The notes beneath the pieces are model-generated. The model did not search any database, was not told where the DNA came from, and was given only the letters and a program-made list of their open reading frames with translations. From contig CAVVMW010000024.1 of assembly GCA_963749495.1 (NCBI GenBank), positions 192,001 through 256,000 on the forward strand: 64,000 nt of DNA. The letters run 5' to 3'. The DNA comes from an uncultured bacterium (GTDB lineage: Bacteria > Verrucomicrobiota > Verrucomicrobiia > Limisphaerales > UBA8199). The position numbers and the translations under genes were made by a program. Positions 50,597 through 59,975 of the stretch are shown piece by piece (within the stretch, counting starts at the first letter, position 1; every line of letters starts with the position of its first letter).

Positions 50597-52615
50597 ATGA
50601 AAAACCACTTTCCCCTCCACCATGCCCTGCTGCTCACCGTCCTGGCCGTCAGCCCCCTTCGGGCCGACACCTTCACCGTCACCCGGCTAAACAACACCGG
50701 CCCCGGTTCCCTGCCCGTGGTCATTAGCCAGGCCAACGCGACGCCGGGGAACCAGACGATTGAATTTGCCGTCAGCGGGACCATCACCCTGGTCGCGCCG
50801 CTCGTCACGATCACCAACAGCCTGACGATCAACGGGCGTGTTGGCAGCCCGGTGGTCATCAGCGGCGGCGGGACCACCCCGGTTTTCACCTTCGCGGCGG
50901 GGACCACAAACATCCTCAACCAACTCACCATCGCCAACGGCATCACCAGCGGCAGCGGGGCGGCGGTCAATAACGCTGGAACCCTTCTCGTGAGCGGTTG
51001 CCTTTTCACCAACTGCCAAGCGCCAAACGGCCCGGGCGGGGCCATCGGCAACGGCGGGACGATGACGATTGCGGCTTCGACTTTCTCGGGCAATCAAGCC
51101 GCCGCAGGTGGGGCGATCTACAACTCAGGCGGCATGGCCGTTGCGGATTCTCAACTGCTGACCAACCAGGCGGGCAGCGGCGGAGCGATCTCCAGTTCAG
51201 GCAGCATGACCGTTTCTGATTCCCAACTCCTGGGCAATCAGGCGGGCAGCGGCGGCGCGATCTACAACACCGGGCAAGCCCGAATTGAGCGGAGCAGGCT
51301 TTCTGAGAACACCACGATGGAGGGATATGGCGGGGCGGTGTTCAACAGCGGACAGTTCACGGCGTCATCCTCGACTTGGAGTCACAACCGAGCGCAGGGA
51401 GTATCGGGCACCGTTGGCGGGGATGCCGGAGAGAACTGCGGCGGGGGCGGGGGCGGCGGTGGTTCGGGGGCGTTCGGGGGCGCGATCTACGTGGATAGCG
51501 GGTCGCTAATGTTGACCAACTGCACGATCAGCGAGAACGCAAGCCAAGGCGGTCAAGGAGGAAACGGGGGAGCCATCAATATCTCCTGGCTCTCAGCATG
51601 GATGGGCGGGAACGGTGGAAGCGGCGGCGGAGGCGGAGGAAGCGGCGGTAGCGGCGCATCAACGATTTTGCCTAACGAGTATTACGCCACGCCGGGCGGC
51701 GGAGGGGCTTTTGGCGCTGGTGGGGGAGGGGGCGGAGCTGGAGCCGAATACGATGCGGGTGGTGCGCCGTTGCCGTCCCTTTATCCCTACGGAAAGGCCG
51801 GTGGAGCCGGAGGTTTCGGAGCTGGTTATGGTGGATACGGAGGGAGGGCGACCAATAGCCTTATCGGCGCGGCTACAATGGGCTATGGGGGGGAAGGTGG
51901 AAGCGGCCTCGGCGGCGGCATCTTCTGCCGGAGCGGCTCAGTCGCCATCGTCAGCTCGACCATTTGCCAGAACGACGCGTCGGGAGGCAACGGGGGTGTC
52001 CTTGGAGGTTGGGCAAGCGGGATTCAGCAAGGATTGAATGGAACAGGTGTAGCTGGGGGCATTTACAACTACGGGGCAACGGTTTTCCTGCTGAACACGA
52101 TCATCGCCAACAACAGCACGCCGTCCACCAACACGGACCTTTCCGGGGCCTTCGTGTCGAGCGGATATGATCTGATCGGCAATAGCCAGGGTGCAACCGG
52201 CCTGAGCATCAACGATTACCAAGACGTTCCCGCCGACCTCGGCCCGTTGCAGGACAATGGCGGTCCCACGCTCACCTGCGCTTTGCTCCAGGGCAGCTTG
52301 GCCATCGGCGGCGGCACCAGCGTCGGCGCACCCGCTACCGATCAGCGCGGCGTGCTGCGCCCGCAAGGCAGCAACTTCGACATCGGCGCGGTGGAGTTTG
52401 TGTCCGTCCCTGTGATCGCCGCCCCTCTGAGCGAACACGGTGCTGGCTACCTTCTGAGCACAATTCTCGACACCACCAATGCCTATCAGATTCAGGGATC
52501 GACGAACTTGGCGGCTTGGATTGAGCTGACGAATTGCCCCAGTGGCGGTTCACTCCGCGTGCTCGACGCCGCGACCAACTTCGACCGGCGTTTTTACAGG
52601 GCCGTGATTCCATGA
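50597..52615 (+). CDS. Secreted glycine-rich beta-helix protein with choice-of-anchor Q-type region
   Basis: FTVT..N..GPGSL, GGAIYN repeats, LGPLQDNGGPTLT.AL...DQRG..R...DIGAVE, tail GSTNLAAW...FYRAV. Confidence 0.8.
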   Translation: MKNHFPLHHALLLTVLAVSPLRADTFTVTRLNNTGPGSLPVVISQANATPGNQTIEFAVSGTITLVAPLVTITNSLTINGRVGSPVVISGGGTTPVFTFAAGTTNILNQLTIANGITSGSGAAVNNAGTLLVSGCLFTNCQAPNGPGGAIGNGGTMTIAASTFSGNQAAAGGAIYNSGGMAVADSQLLTNQAGSGGAISSSGSMTVSDSQLLGNQAGSGGAIYNTGQARIERSRLSENTTMEGYGGAVFNSGQFTASSSTWSHNRAQGVSGTVGGDAGENCGGGGGGGGSGAFGGAIYVDSGSLMLTNCTISENASQGGQGGNGGAINISWLSAWMGGNGGSGGGGGGSGGSGASTILPNEYYATPGGGGAFGAGGGGGGAGAEYDAGGAPLPSLYPYGKAGGAGGFGAGYGGYGGRATNSLIGAATMGYGGEGGSGLGGGIFCRSGSVAIVSSTICQNDASGGNGGVLGGWASGIQQGLNGTGVAGGIYNYGATVFLLNTIIANNSTPSTNTDLSGAFVSSGYDLIGNSQGATGLSINDYQDVPADLGPLQDNGGPTLTCALLQGSLAIGGGTSVGAPATDQRGVLRPQGSNFDIGAVEFVSVPVIAAPLSEHGAGYLLSTILDTTNAYQIQGSTNLAAWIELTNCPSGGSLRVLDAATNFDRRFYRAVIP

Positions 52616-52670
52616 TCGAGACCACGAACCAGGAAAGCAATGGGTCAGGTGAACTAAGAAAGGGCCAAAT

Positions 52671-53306
52671 ATGAACGACGACAACGTTGACATGAACGAC
52701 CTTGATCCTCCCGAACCCCAGGAAGTCCGGGAGGTCCGCACCATCGGCTGGATCGAAACCCTGCGCCGGAAGCGAGTGTGCCTTTTTCCCGGAGCCGACA
52801 TCTCTCCCCTCGGCGCTCATTATACCGATTTTGTTTCCTGCCTGCCTTACCTTGGCGACTGCAACGCGCTCATCTTCTGCGAGCCACACGACAGCAAGGA
52901 GGCGGTGAGAGCGTGCATCAACAAATACGCCGGTAGGTCCCGTGACGAGAATGGTCATGCAATCAACGATGTTGCGCTCCACGACGTTGCCTTCAACGGT
53001 GTGAAGTTCAACTGCGGAGCGAGCGTGGGGATAGAAAACGACCTCATAGAACAGGACGAACTTTGCTTCCCGACCCAGCAGGAGAACCTGCTGGTCTGGC
53101 GACCCCAGGCCAATGCAGATCCTCAATCCATGCGACCACCCGACTCCAGGTTCTGGGCGCATTATGCAATCCTGGAACTCAAGGAGCGGCACGAGAAGAT
53201 TCACCTGCTCCATCTTGGGCTGCGCGGCGACCACGCTTGGCTTTATTTCATTCAGCCGCTGGGGATTCGTGTTGCCCGGCTGATCTCCCACGCCTCCTAC
53301 CGGTAG
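52671..53306 (+). CDS. Hypothetical protein (211 aa)
   Basis: Clean ORF with purine-rich upstream sequence; no motif recognised. Confidence 0.6.
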   Translation: MNDDNVDMNDLDPPEPQEVREVRTIGWIETLRRKRVCLFPGADISPLGAHYTDFVSCLPYLGDCNALIFCEPHDSKEAVRACINKYAGRSRDENGHAINDVALHDVAFNGVKFNCGASVGIENDLIEQDELCFPTQQENLLVWRPQANADPQSMRPPDSRFWAHYAILELKERHEKIHLLHLGLRGDHAWLYFIQPLGIRVARLISHASYR

Positions 53307-53343
53307 CCCCCTGGCGAATGAATCCACAATCGGAGGCCGGTCT

Positions 53344-53598
53344 ATGGCGTTAATCAAATGCTCCAGATGCGGGCGGGAGATGCCCTCCCAGGCCCTGGTC
53401 TGCCCGCATTGTGGTTGTGCTCTGGTCGCAACACCACCGGAACCAGCGCCGCCATTTGAACCAGAACCGGCACCCAAATCACCTGCGCAAGATGATGCAT
53501 CGCCGGTAGCGGAGGGTGCGCAACAAGCGACCGCACCGCCTGCGGTAAACATGATCGTCGCTGACCCGCCTTATGGCGACGGAGACCAAGAGCCGTGA
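53344..53598 (+). CDS. Zinc-ribbon protein (possibly truncated)
   Basis: MALIKCSRCGREMPSQALVCPHCG; GGAGG upstream. Confidence 0.7.
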   Translation: MALIKCSRCGREMPSQALVCPHCGCALVATPPEPAPPFEPEPAPKSPAQDDASPVAEGAQQATAPPAVNMIVADPPYGDGDQEP

Positions 53599-53710
53599 GG
53601 ACAAGCGGTCCCGTCGACCTCGGCCTTGACCGCCGCCTGGCTGGTCGAGCAGGTCGGACAATAGGGCACCGGCCAGACCGGCGCGGTCTGGCGCAAAATG
53701 GGAGCGTAGT

Positions 53711-54205
53711 ATGAGATTCCTGTGCCCTAAGTGCGGAATGCCGGAGGACCCATCGGGCGAGTGCCTCGGGTGCCACTACCAAGACCCGGAATCTACAGTT
53801 GAGCTGAACCTAACCAACCCACGGCCTGACTGGGACGGCGACATCGGAATCAGCCAAATCGTGTGGGCCGTCGTCATCCTCATCATTGCCACGCTGCTCG
53901 GCACGTTCTTCGAGTCCCCAGGCGACTGGATGCCGGTGCTGCTCGGGCTGGGTTTCGCGGTCGGCCTGGTCCTCGCCCTTTACCTGGCGCTGTGGCTGAT
54001 CCGCGCCGTCTTTCGCACCACCCACTGGATCGTGCGCCGCGTGTGGCGGGCCGAGCGCACACTCGCCCAAGCAGAAAAGGAGTCACGGAGATCGGCTGTC
54101 CAGCCCGCCTGCGGGCAGCCGGAAGCTCAATGGAGAGCGCGATCAACGCCATCAGGTGGGCGGGGTTCTGATGCCCGAACTGACCACTCAGGGCAAGGGC
54201 GATGA
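53711..54205 (+). CDS. Zinc-finger + two-TM hypothetical membrane protein
   Basis: CPKC...CLGC followed by two hydrophobic segments. Confidence 0.6.
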   Translation: MRFLCPKCGMPEDPSGECLGCHYQDPESTVELNLTNPRPDWDGDIGISQIVWAVVILIIATLLGTFFESPGDWMPVLLGLGFAVGLVLALYLALWLIRAVFRTTHWIVRRVWRAERTLAQAEKESRRSAVQPACGQPEAQWRARSTPSGGRGSDARTDHSGQGR

Positions 54206-54402
54206 GATTGCGCATGACGACCTTCGTGCGCTGCGCCAGAGCGAGGGCCGAACAGGGCAATGGCCCGCAGCGAGGGCGACCGCCGTGGTCTTTCTGGCCG
54301 TCGCCGATCACCGGGTGAGGTGAGGAATTGTCGAGTTTCTTTGACTGGAAGGAGTTTACATTTTAGCCTGTTCCGGCAGTGCGTTCATCCACACCATCGG
54401 CC

Positions 54403-55119
54403 ATGACCCTGACCGTCAAAGCCATCCTGAGAGAATTTGTGGGCTACGTCGAGAGCGTGGGCTACAGCGGCGTCCAGGACCCGTCCAGCCCGTTTGAACT
54501 GCCGGTGAGTCCGAAGGTGCTGGCGCAACTGGAGGTCGCCCTGTGCGCGGCCTTGGTCCTCAGCGCGTCCAGCGCCGAAGTAAAATCGAAGTGGATTTCG
54601 TTGTTCAACGGCAAGGACCTCACCGGCTGGACCGCTCACGGCAAGGCAACGTGGTCGGTTCAGGATGGTGTCCTGGTGGGCGTTGGCGGCATGGGCCACA
54701 TCTACACGGACGCCGCTTGCTCCGATTTCGAGGCCAAGGGCATGTTCCGCGTCACCAGCCAGGGGGCGATCCCCAACAGCGGGTTCTATTTTCGCGCCAA
54801 CCCGCCAGCGGACAACCCGAACGCCTTTCCTCGGGGTTACGAGGCCCAGATTTGCAATCACGGCGACGGCTACACCGGCTGGCTCTGGAAGCCGGGCACG
54901 CCGACCGGGAAGGCGACGGAACTGCTCACCAGGGACGGCGAATGGTTCAGCTATCGCATCCGGGCTGTGGGCACCCACATCCAGTTCTGGATCAACGACA
55001 AACTGGTGATGACGTATGACGATGCCGAATACAAGAGCGGCCACTTTGCGATCCAGGGGCACAACCCCGGCATGAAGGTCGAGGCCAAGGAGTTGTATTA
55101 CAGGGACCTGAGCAAGTAG
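54403..55119 (+). CDS. DUF1080 (3-keto-disaccharide hydrolase-like) protein with atypical N-terminus
   Basis: SLFNGKDLTGW, NSGFYFR, GYEAQI, GHFAIQGH. Confidence 0.85.
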   Translation: MTLTVKAILREFVGYVESVGYSGVQDPSSPFELPVSPKVLAQLEVALCAALVLSASSAEVKSKWISLFNGKDLTGWTAHGKATWSVQDGVLVGVGGMGHIYTDAACSDFEAKGMFRVTSQGAIPNSGFYFRANPPADNPNAFPRGYEAQICNHGDGYTGWLWKPGTPTGKATELLTRDGEWFSYRIRAVGTHIQFWINDKLVMTYDDAEYKSGHFAIQGHNPGMKVEAKELYYRDLSK

Positions 55120-55286
55120 GCCCAGGCTGACCGCCCAGGACCTCTGGGTCCAGGACGCCAAGTCTGACCTCCCGTTTCGGACGGAGGCGCTCAACAGCAC
55201 CCGTGAAACGACCGGATCTGGCTCGAAGGGGGCCATCCCCTGAATCGCGGGTAGAGTTGGCGGAGATCCGCAGAAGTAATTACGGC

Positions 55287-55811
55287 ATGACCTGTGCGGA
55301 ACGGATAATTCAGTTCTTACTGGACGACAAACAGACACGTCCAGCGGCTATGACGGGAGCGCAACGTGTGGACCACTTGGCTGAAACCCAAATATACAAG
55401 GACGAATGGGAAGCCGAAGCGAGCGTGCCCCGTTCCGGCTGGCGCGATTGGCGCGTCGCGGGAGTCCAGTTCTCGGCCTTCCATAAAGAAGGCACCCCAT
55501 TTGCCCTGCCGTTCCGCCCGGACGACTACCGGTGGGCCGGACCGTTCACGTTGAGACTCCCCGCCGAGCATGTGGAATCGGCCCGGCAGGGTTTTCGGCG
55601 GGCGCACTACCAGCGGGGCGTCAGGAAATACGCCAACATGCTGGCCAGAGGGATCAAACCGCCGCCCGTAGTCCTCCTGTATCATGACGCGTGGGGTTGG
55701 ACAATGCAGGACGGCAATCACCGGTATGAGGCGCTGGCCAAGGCCGGGGCGACTACCTACGACGCTTTCCTCGGCAGGCCCAAGAGAAAGCAGGCGTTCG
55801 ATTCGTTCTAA
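55287..55811 (+). CDS. ParB/sulfiredoxin-like domain protein
   Basis: PPPVVL...MQDGNHRYEAL..AG. Confidence 0.7.
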   Translation: MTCAERIIQFLLDDKQTRPAAMTGAQRVDHLAETQIYKDEWEAEASVPRSGWRDWRVAGVQFSAFHKEGTPFALPFRPDDYRWAGPFTLRLPAEHVESARQGFRRAHYQRGVRKYANMLARGIKPPPVVLLYHDAWGWTMQDGNHRYEALAKAGATTYDAFLGRPKRKQAFDSF

Positions 55812-55851
55812 TCGTCTCCGAGTCGCCAGGCCCACGCGGGAGGAGATCAAT

Positions 55852-56349
55852 TCAATTACGGCTCCGGCGCAGCCAGGGCCGGATCAAAAATGAGAACGGC
55901 TCGGTCCTTTTCTCCTGCTTGAGCAACAACCCCGGTTTGCCCAGAGGCCAGAGGAACGAGAGCCGGAAGTAGGCCCCGCTGCGGGTCACGCCGACACAAT
56001 CGCTCTTGATTGGCTTTCCGAGGTCCTTGGCGATCTGTCGGATCTCGGACTTGAGCTGTGGAACAAGGAGATCGGGAGCGGAGGCATGGGCTTTTGGAAC
56101 CGGCTTGGTCACGAGCAAATAAGTCTGCACGGCTAGGCTGCCGCGAAGTCGAATCTCCCAAACCGGGTGGTGCGGCAATCGTTCAATCGAGATCACGTAG
56201 AAACCGATCTCGCGCAGGCGGTCTCGCCACAGTTCATGGAAATGAAAGCGGCCAGAATGGTAATACGCCCCGCACCGCCTCATGATTTGTTCGAGGAGTT
56301 TGTCCCTCGGCGGCTGAGAGGAAGCGAGTGCTTTGAACGTCAATTTCAT
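55852..56349 (-). CDS. Hypothetical protein (165 aa)
   Basis: Last ORF of a tightly packed minus-strand run. Confidence 0.55.
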   Translation of the reverse strand: MKLTFKALASSQPPRDKLLEQIMRRCGAYYHSGRFHFHELWRDRLREIGFYVISIERLPHHPVWEIRLRGSLAVQTYLLVTKPVPKAHASAPDLLVPQLKSEIRQIAKDLGKPIKSDCVGVTRSGAYFRLSFLWPLGKPGLLLKQEKRTEPFSFLIRPWLRRSRN

Positions 56350-56362
56350 GGTGCCTCGGTGC

Positions 56363-56602
56363 TCAGTTTCCGCCAAGCCTCTTGCTGCAAGCGTCGCACA
56401 GGCCCTTCGTCGGCGAGTCCCTCCAGATGGGCACCGCCGCCCTCGGCAGAAGAATGCCACGGGCCACGAGCCTGCCGGTGCAGCGTGCGCAGTATCTCCA
56501 GCCGCCGATCTGAAAGCCCGCCAACTCGGGATTGCCCGCTGCCGGTTCCGGGCAGTGCTCCAGCCATTCTTTTACGTTGTCAGGGCTGAAATCGATGCTC
56601 AT
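56363..56602 (-). CDS. Small CxxC-CxxC protein
   Basis: YCARC...LCDAC; packed between neighbours. Confidence 0.6.
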   Translation of the reverse strand: MSIDFSPDNVKEWLEHCPEPAAGNPELAGFQIGGWRYCARCTGRLVARGILLPRAAVPIWRDSPTKGLCDACSKRLGGN

Positions 56603-56609
56603 CTCGCGC

Positions 56610-57734
56610 TTACTCTTTTCCGCCGATCAGAACCGGCTCAAGCCAGAGGCGCTTATGGCAGCGCAGGAATCTCTCGCGGACATCCGGGGCAACCTGCTCC
56701 CAGTCAATACCGCCGTTGTCGGTCCGGGGGAGCACACTGGCAGGAATGAACCCGTCAGCCGTGCGCGGCCCAGTCACCTGCCAGGTCACGTGGCCTCTGC
56801 GGATGTGGAGGCGCGGCGAGGCGTGAGTTCCGGTGCGCTCCCGCGCCATCCGGTAGCCTCGCCCGATGAAATTGGCGCTCCAGAGTTCCCGCTTTACGAC
56901 CTTGCCGGGCTTGACCCGCTCAGCCCGTCCTTCGGTGCCACGACTGATCAGGGACGGCTGCACGTTCAACACCACCAGGAGCTTGAGCATCAAAGCCGAG
57001 ACGCGCTCGGTGAGTTCCTTGTCAGCGTTGACCTTGCCAGGCTGCTCGCCCATGAAATCGGTGTAGGCGTAATCGAAGAGCGCCTGAGCCAGCTTGTCCT
57101 TCGTCAGGTAGGCTGAAACGAAGCACTCCGGCCTCCCGCCGCTCCAGGCGTGGTAAAACCATCCGATCTTGCTGCGGCCCTCCGGCACTTCGATGACCGG
57201 CATCCCTGGCAAGCCCCTGGGCCGATAAGCGCCCGCTGGGCAGTTGGCCGCATACACGTAACAAAGCTCGCGGTCCGTGTATTCGCGCATGAACCGGGAC
57301 GGCCAGCCGATGACCATGCCCTCTTGCGGCCAGTGGAGGTCGCCGAACGTGAAGTCGTCGGGCAGTTGAGTGGCGGCGACCGCACGCGCAAATTCCTCAT
57401 CCACGAAGTAAACAGGGACATGGTGCTCCAGCACCCGGTAAGCGAAAGTGGAACCTGTGACCTCGGTCGGCAGGACCTCGCCATCTGCCGCCGCGAGCCT
57501 GGCCTGCGTGAGGAGCACATAAAGCCCAGCGGCGGCGCATTTCGTGGAATGGAAGCCTTCGGGGGTCATGACCCTGCGCGGCTCGAACAGCGCCCGCCTC
57601 GCCTCGTCCTGGGCCAAGTGGCGGTCATAAACGCCGCCCAGGAATTGGGCCAGTGTGGACCAGATCATCCGGGGATGGGGTAGCGGCTCGCGCTCAGGGC
57701 TTGGTGCCGCCGTAAGAGGTCGGATGTTGTCCAT
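56610..57734 (-). CDS. Phage-like hypothetical protein with C-terminal HASPRxHxRRGH...WxEP motif
   Basis: Paralogous fragment at 61998-62462 supports that it is coding. Confidence 0.75.
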   Translation of the reverse strand: MDNIRPLTAAPSPEREPLPHPRMIWSTLAQFLGGVYDRHLAQDEARRALFEPRRVMTPEGFHSTKCAAAGLYVLLTQARLAAADGEVLPTEVTGSTFAYRVLEHHVPVYFVDEEFARAVAATQLPDDFTFGDLHWPQEGMVIGWPSRFMREYTDRELCYVYAANCPAGAYRPRGLPGMPVIEVPEGRSKIGWFYHAWSGGRPECFVSAYLTKDKLAQALFDYAYTDFMGEQPGKVNADKELTERVSALMLKLLVVLNVQPSLISRGTEGRAERVKPGKVVKRELWSANFIGRGYRMARERTGTHASPRLHIRRGHVTWQVTGPRTADGFIPASVLPRTDNGGIDWEQVAPDVRERFLRCHKRLWLEPVLIGGKE

Positions 57735-57747
57735 ACGCGTCCTGGAT

Positions 57748-58563
57748 TTATGCGAACTGGAAGCCAGTGACCTCCGCCAGTGGCAAACCGGATTCAGCCT
57801 CATTGGCATCGAACGGATACCGGCGACAGCCCAGCGCCCGAACGAGGTCACCCCCTGCCGCCAGGGCTGCCTCAACCTCATCGAGCACGACGTATTCGCG
57901 TGGGCTGTGTGCGTTATAGTAGCCGCAAGGGAGGTTCAGGCATGAAACGCCGAAACGCCGCCTGAGCGCCACTACGTCCGTGGCGGTATGCCGGTGCCAG
58001 CGGTTCAACCCATGGCTGGCCAGGATCGGCGCGGCCTCGCGGATGAACTCACCATGATCGGCAAAGAGCTGGATGCCGCCGCACGTGTATGATGACGCAC
58101 CGCCAGGACTGTCGAATTCGATGACGTAGCCTACATCGCGGAACCATTCGGCGGGCGCGTGGTAGGCCCCATGGCACCCGACTTCCTCAGCCGCGAATAG
58201 CGCGGCGTCAATGTTGTCGAACCGCTCCAGTAGTTCCAGACAGATGAAGACGCCCGCCTTATCATCCGCGCCGATCCCAGCCCGCTGGCCGTGCTCGTCC
58301 ACGCCAAGAAGAACACCGTCCTGCTCGACGATCTTGACTGGCCGGAGAGGATGGACCGTGTCCAGGTGGGCTGCGACGCACGGCAGGTAGGGCGCGTGCC
58401 CCTTGCGGATGAAGACGTTGTTGTTGCAGTCCTCCACGATGCGGGTGCTGCGCAGAGCCGCACCGTGCCGGGCCAAATGGTTCACCAGGAATCTCACCAT
58501 CCGGTCTTCCCGCCCGGAGCATGTCGGAATGGCCAGGATTTCTTTCAAGAGGTCAACGCGCAT
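57748..58563 (-). CDS. M20/M28 family zinc peptidase-like protein
   Basis: AHLDTVH, GADDKAG, AEEVG, EFD, GYYNAHS..EYV. Confidence 0.85.
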   Translation of the reverse strand: MRVDLLKEILAIPTCSGREDRMVRFLVNHLARHGAALRSTRIVEDCNNNVFIRKGHAPYLPCVAAHLDTVHPLRPVKIVEQDGVLLGVDEHGQRAGIGADDKAGVFICLELLERFDNIDAALFAAEEVGCHGAYHAPAEWFRDVGYVIEFDSPGGASSYTCGGIQLFADHGEFIREAAPILASHGLNRWHRHTATDVVALRRRFGVSCLNLPCGYYNAHSPREYVVLDEVEAALAAGGDLVRALGCRRYPFDANEAESGLPLAEVTGFQFA

Positions 58564-58565
58564 AA

Positions 58566-59135
58566 TCAAAGAGCGGCCAGCAGCTTAGCGATCTTCCCCG
58601 CAAGGTCCGGGCTGACCTCGATTTCGAGTTTGAGCGATTCACAGAGGGGCTTGGCGGTCAGCCTGAACTTGCCCTCGCGCTCAATGGAGAGCGGGCGCGG
58701 TTCGCCAGTCCGCTCGTCGCACAAGACGCGCTCACCGAAGGGCGCGGCGACCTGGGTGAGGGCCATGACGCGCTTGGCGTTGGTGTCGTCCCATTGGGCC
58801 TTTCTGGCAGCGCAGGCAGCGGCCTCCCTCTCGTATTCCGGGAGCAGCCTGCGCCGGACATCCGCCGCGATGCGCTTCGCGTCTTTGGAATTGGATACGT
58901 TGATGCTGGTCTTGGGTGCTTGCCCGTCCCGGTAGTATGGCCGGTGCTCACGGAGGACTTCGGCCACGCTGGCAGAGATGCGCAACTGGCCTTTATCCCG
59001 CGCCGCCTGGAAAAACAACCTGCCGCCATCGGGCAGATCGAAAACCCGCGCCCAATGGTCCTCGAAACCCGTGGCCGCCGTGAGTTTCAGTTCCCCCGCC
59101 ACGGCATCCGCCAGTGCGCGTTGTTCCGGTGTCAT
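58566..59135 (-). CDS. Hypothetical mobile-element protein
   Basis: Clean ORF abutting the peptidase; motif SINVS..K...IAADVRRRLLPEY. Confidence 0.65.
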   Translation of the reverse strand: MTPEQRALADAVAGELKLTAATGFEDHWARVFDLPDGGRLFFQAARDKGQLRISASVAEVLREHRPYYRDGQAPKTSINVSNSKDAKRIAADVRRRLLPEYEREAAACAARKAQWDDTNAKRVMALTQVAAPFGERVLCDERTGEPRPLSIEREGKFRLTAKPLCESLKLEIEVSPDLAGKIAKLLAAL

Positions 59136-59230
59136 ACGCCCTGGCCTTTGTCGGCGTCCGCCGCAACGATGGCCTGATACGACTGGGCGAGCACCGTGCC
59201 GGTCGCTGATACACCCAAGATTCTGGTCAT
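59132..59230 (-). CDS. 32-aa leader ORF
   Basis: MTRILGVSATG...; stop overlaps next start (ATGA); TAACCT 6 nt upstream. Confidence 0.4.
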   Translation of the reverse strand: MTRILGVSATGTVLAQSYQAIVAADADKGQGV

Positions 59231-59372
59231 CCGGCCAGGTTACACGCGCACCGGTCTCGACCGGAATTGGTGCAAATTTTCCTCGACAACATCCGGGCGG
59301 GGACGGGGGCACACCCGCGCCATTCAGCGTCCTGGCCGGGCCAGGATGGCAGAGGCCGCGCCTTGCTCCGGC

Positions 59373-59761
59373 TCAAAGGCGGTAGTCTGCTTCCACGGGT
59401 TGAAAGCCTGCGCAACTTTCCCAGTCTTCAATCCGCGCCAACCTGATCGGCCTGCCAAAGGTCCGGTCGAACAACTCTTTGCCCTGAGCGGTGATGAGCG
59501 CCGCGCCGATGGTGCGTGCGCCATGGCCTCGCGCCCATTCCGCGATGCGCCTGAGCAAAGCGGAGCCGATTCCACGGCGTTGCCAGTCACTTCGATCCCG
59601 AAGACCTCACATGCCCCGTTTCGCACATAGCCCGACGCCCGGCCCGTTTCGTGCCCATTGACATTCGCCAGCGCGGTGAATCGGTTCTCGGGTTCCTCGA
59701 TTACGGATACGCGAATCTCATCCTGTTCGAGCAGGAGTTCTATCAGCTCATGAGCGTTCAC
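59373..59761 (-). CDS. GNAT acetyltransferase, frameshifted near 59590
   Basis: MNAHELIELLLEQDE...FGIEV in one frame; WQRRGIGSALLRRIAEWARGHG in another. Confidence 0.7.
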
Positions 59762-59975
59762 ACATTTAATTAGCGATCCTTGGCGGACTATTCCACGGTC
59801 TGGTTGAACACCAGCGCGTTGGGGCCGCTGTTGTGAACGCCTTGGCGTCGAGCCGACCGGGATGTAAGGCTGCTTCCGCATGGTTGGAGCATGGGCTGCC
59901 AGGCCAGCACTGCAAGTGATGCGGCAAACCGGCCACAGGGTCGGCCCATTCCTTTTCTTCGCCCTCACCGGTTGT

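Noticed and set aside
6853..59761. Frameshifts in argC, UroD-like, GH116, GH106, the 49137 gene and the 59761 GNAT as programmed recoding or phase variation
   Set aside because: Isolated small indels, mostly in short homopolymer or GC runs, with no shared slippery motif. Long-read consensus error is the simpler explanation; read-level data are needed.
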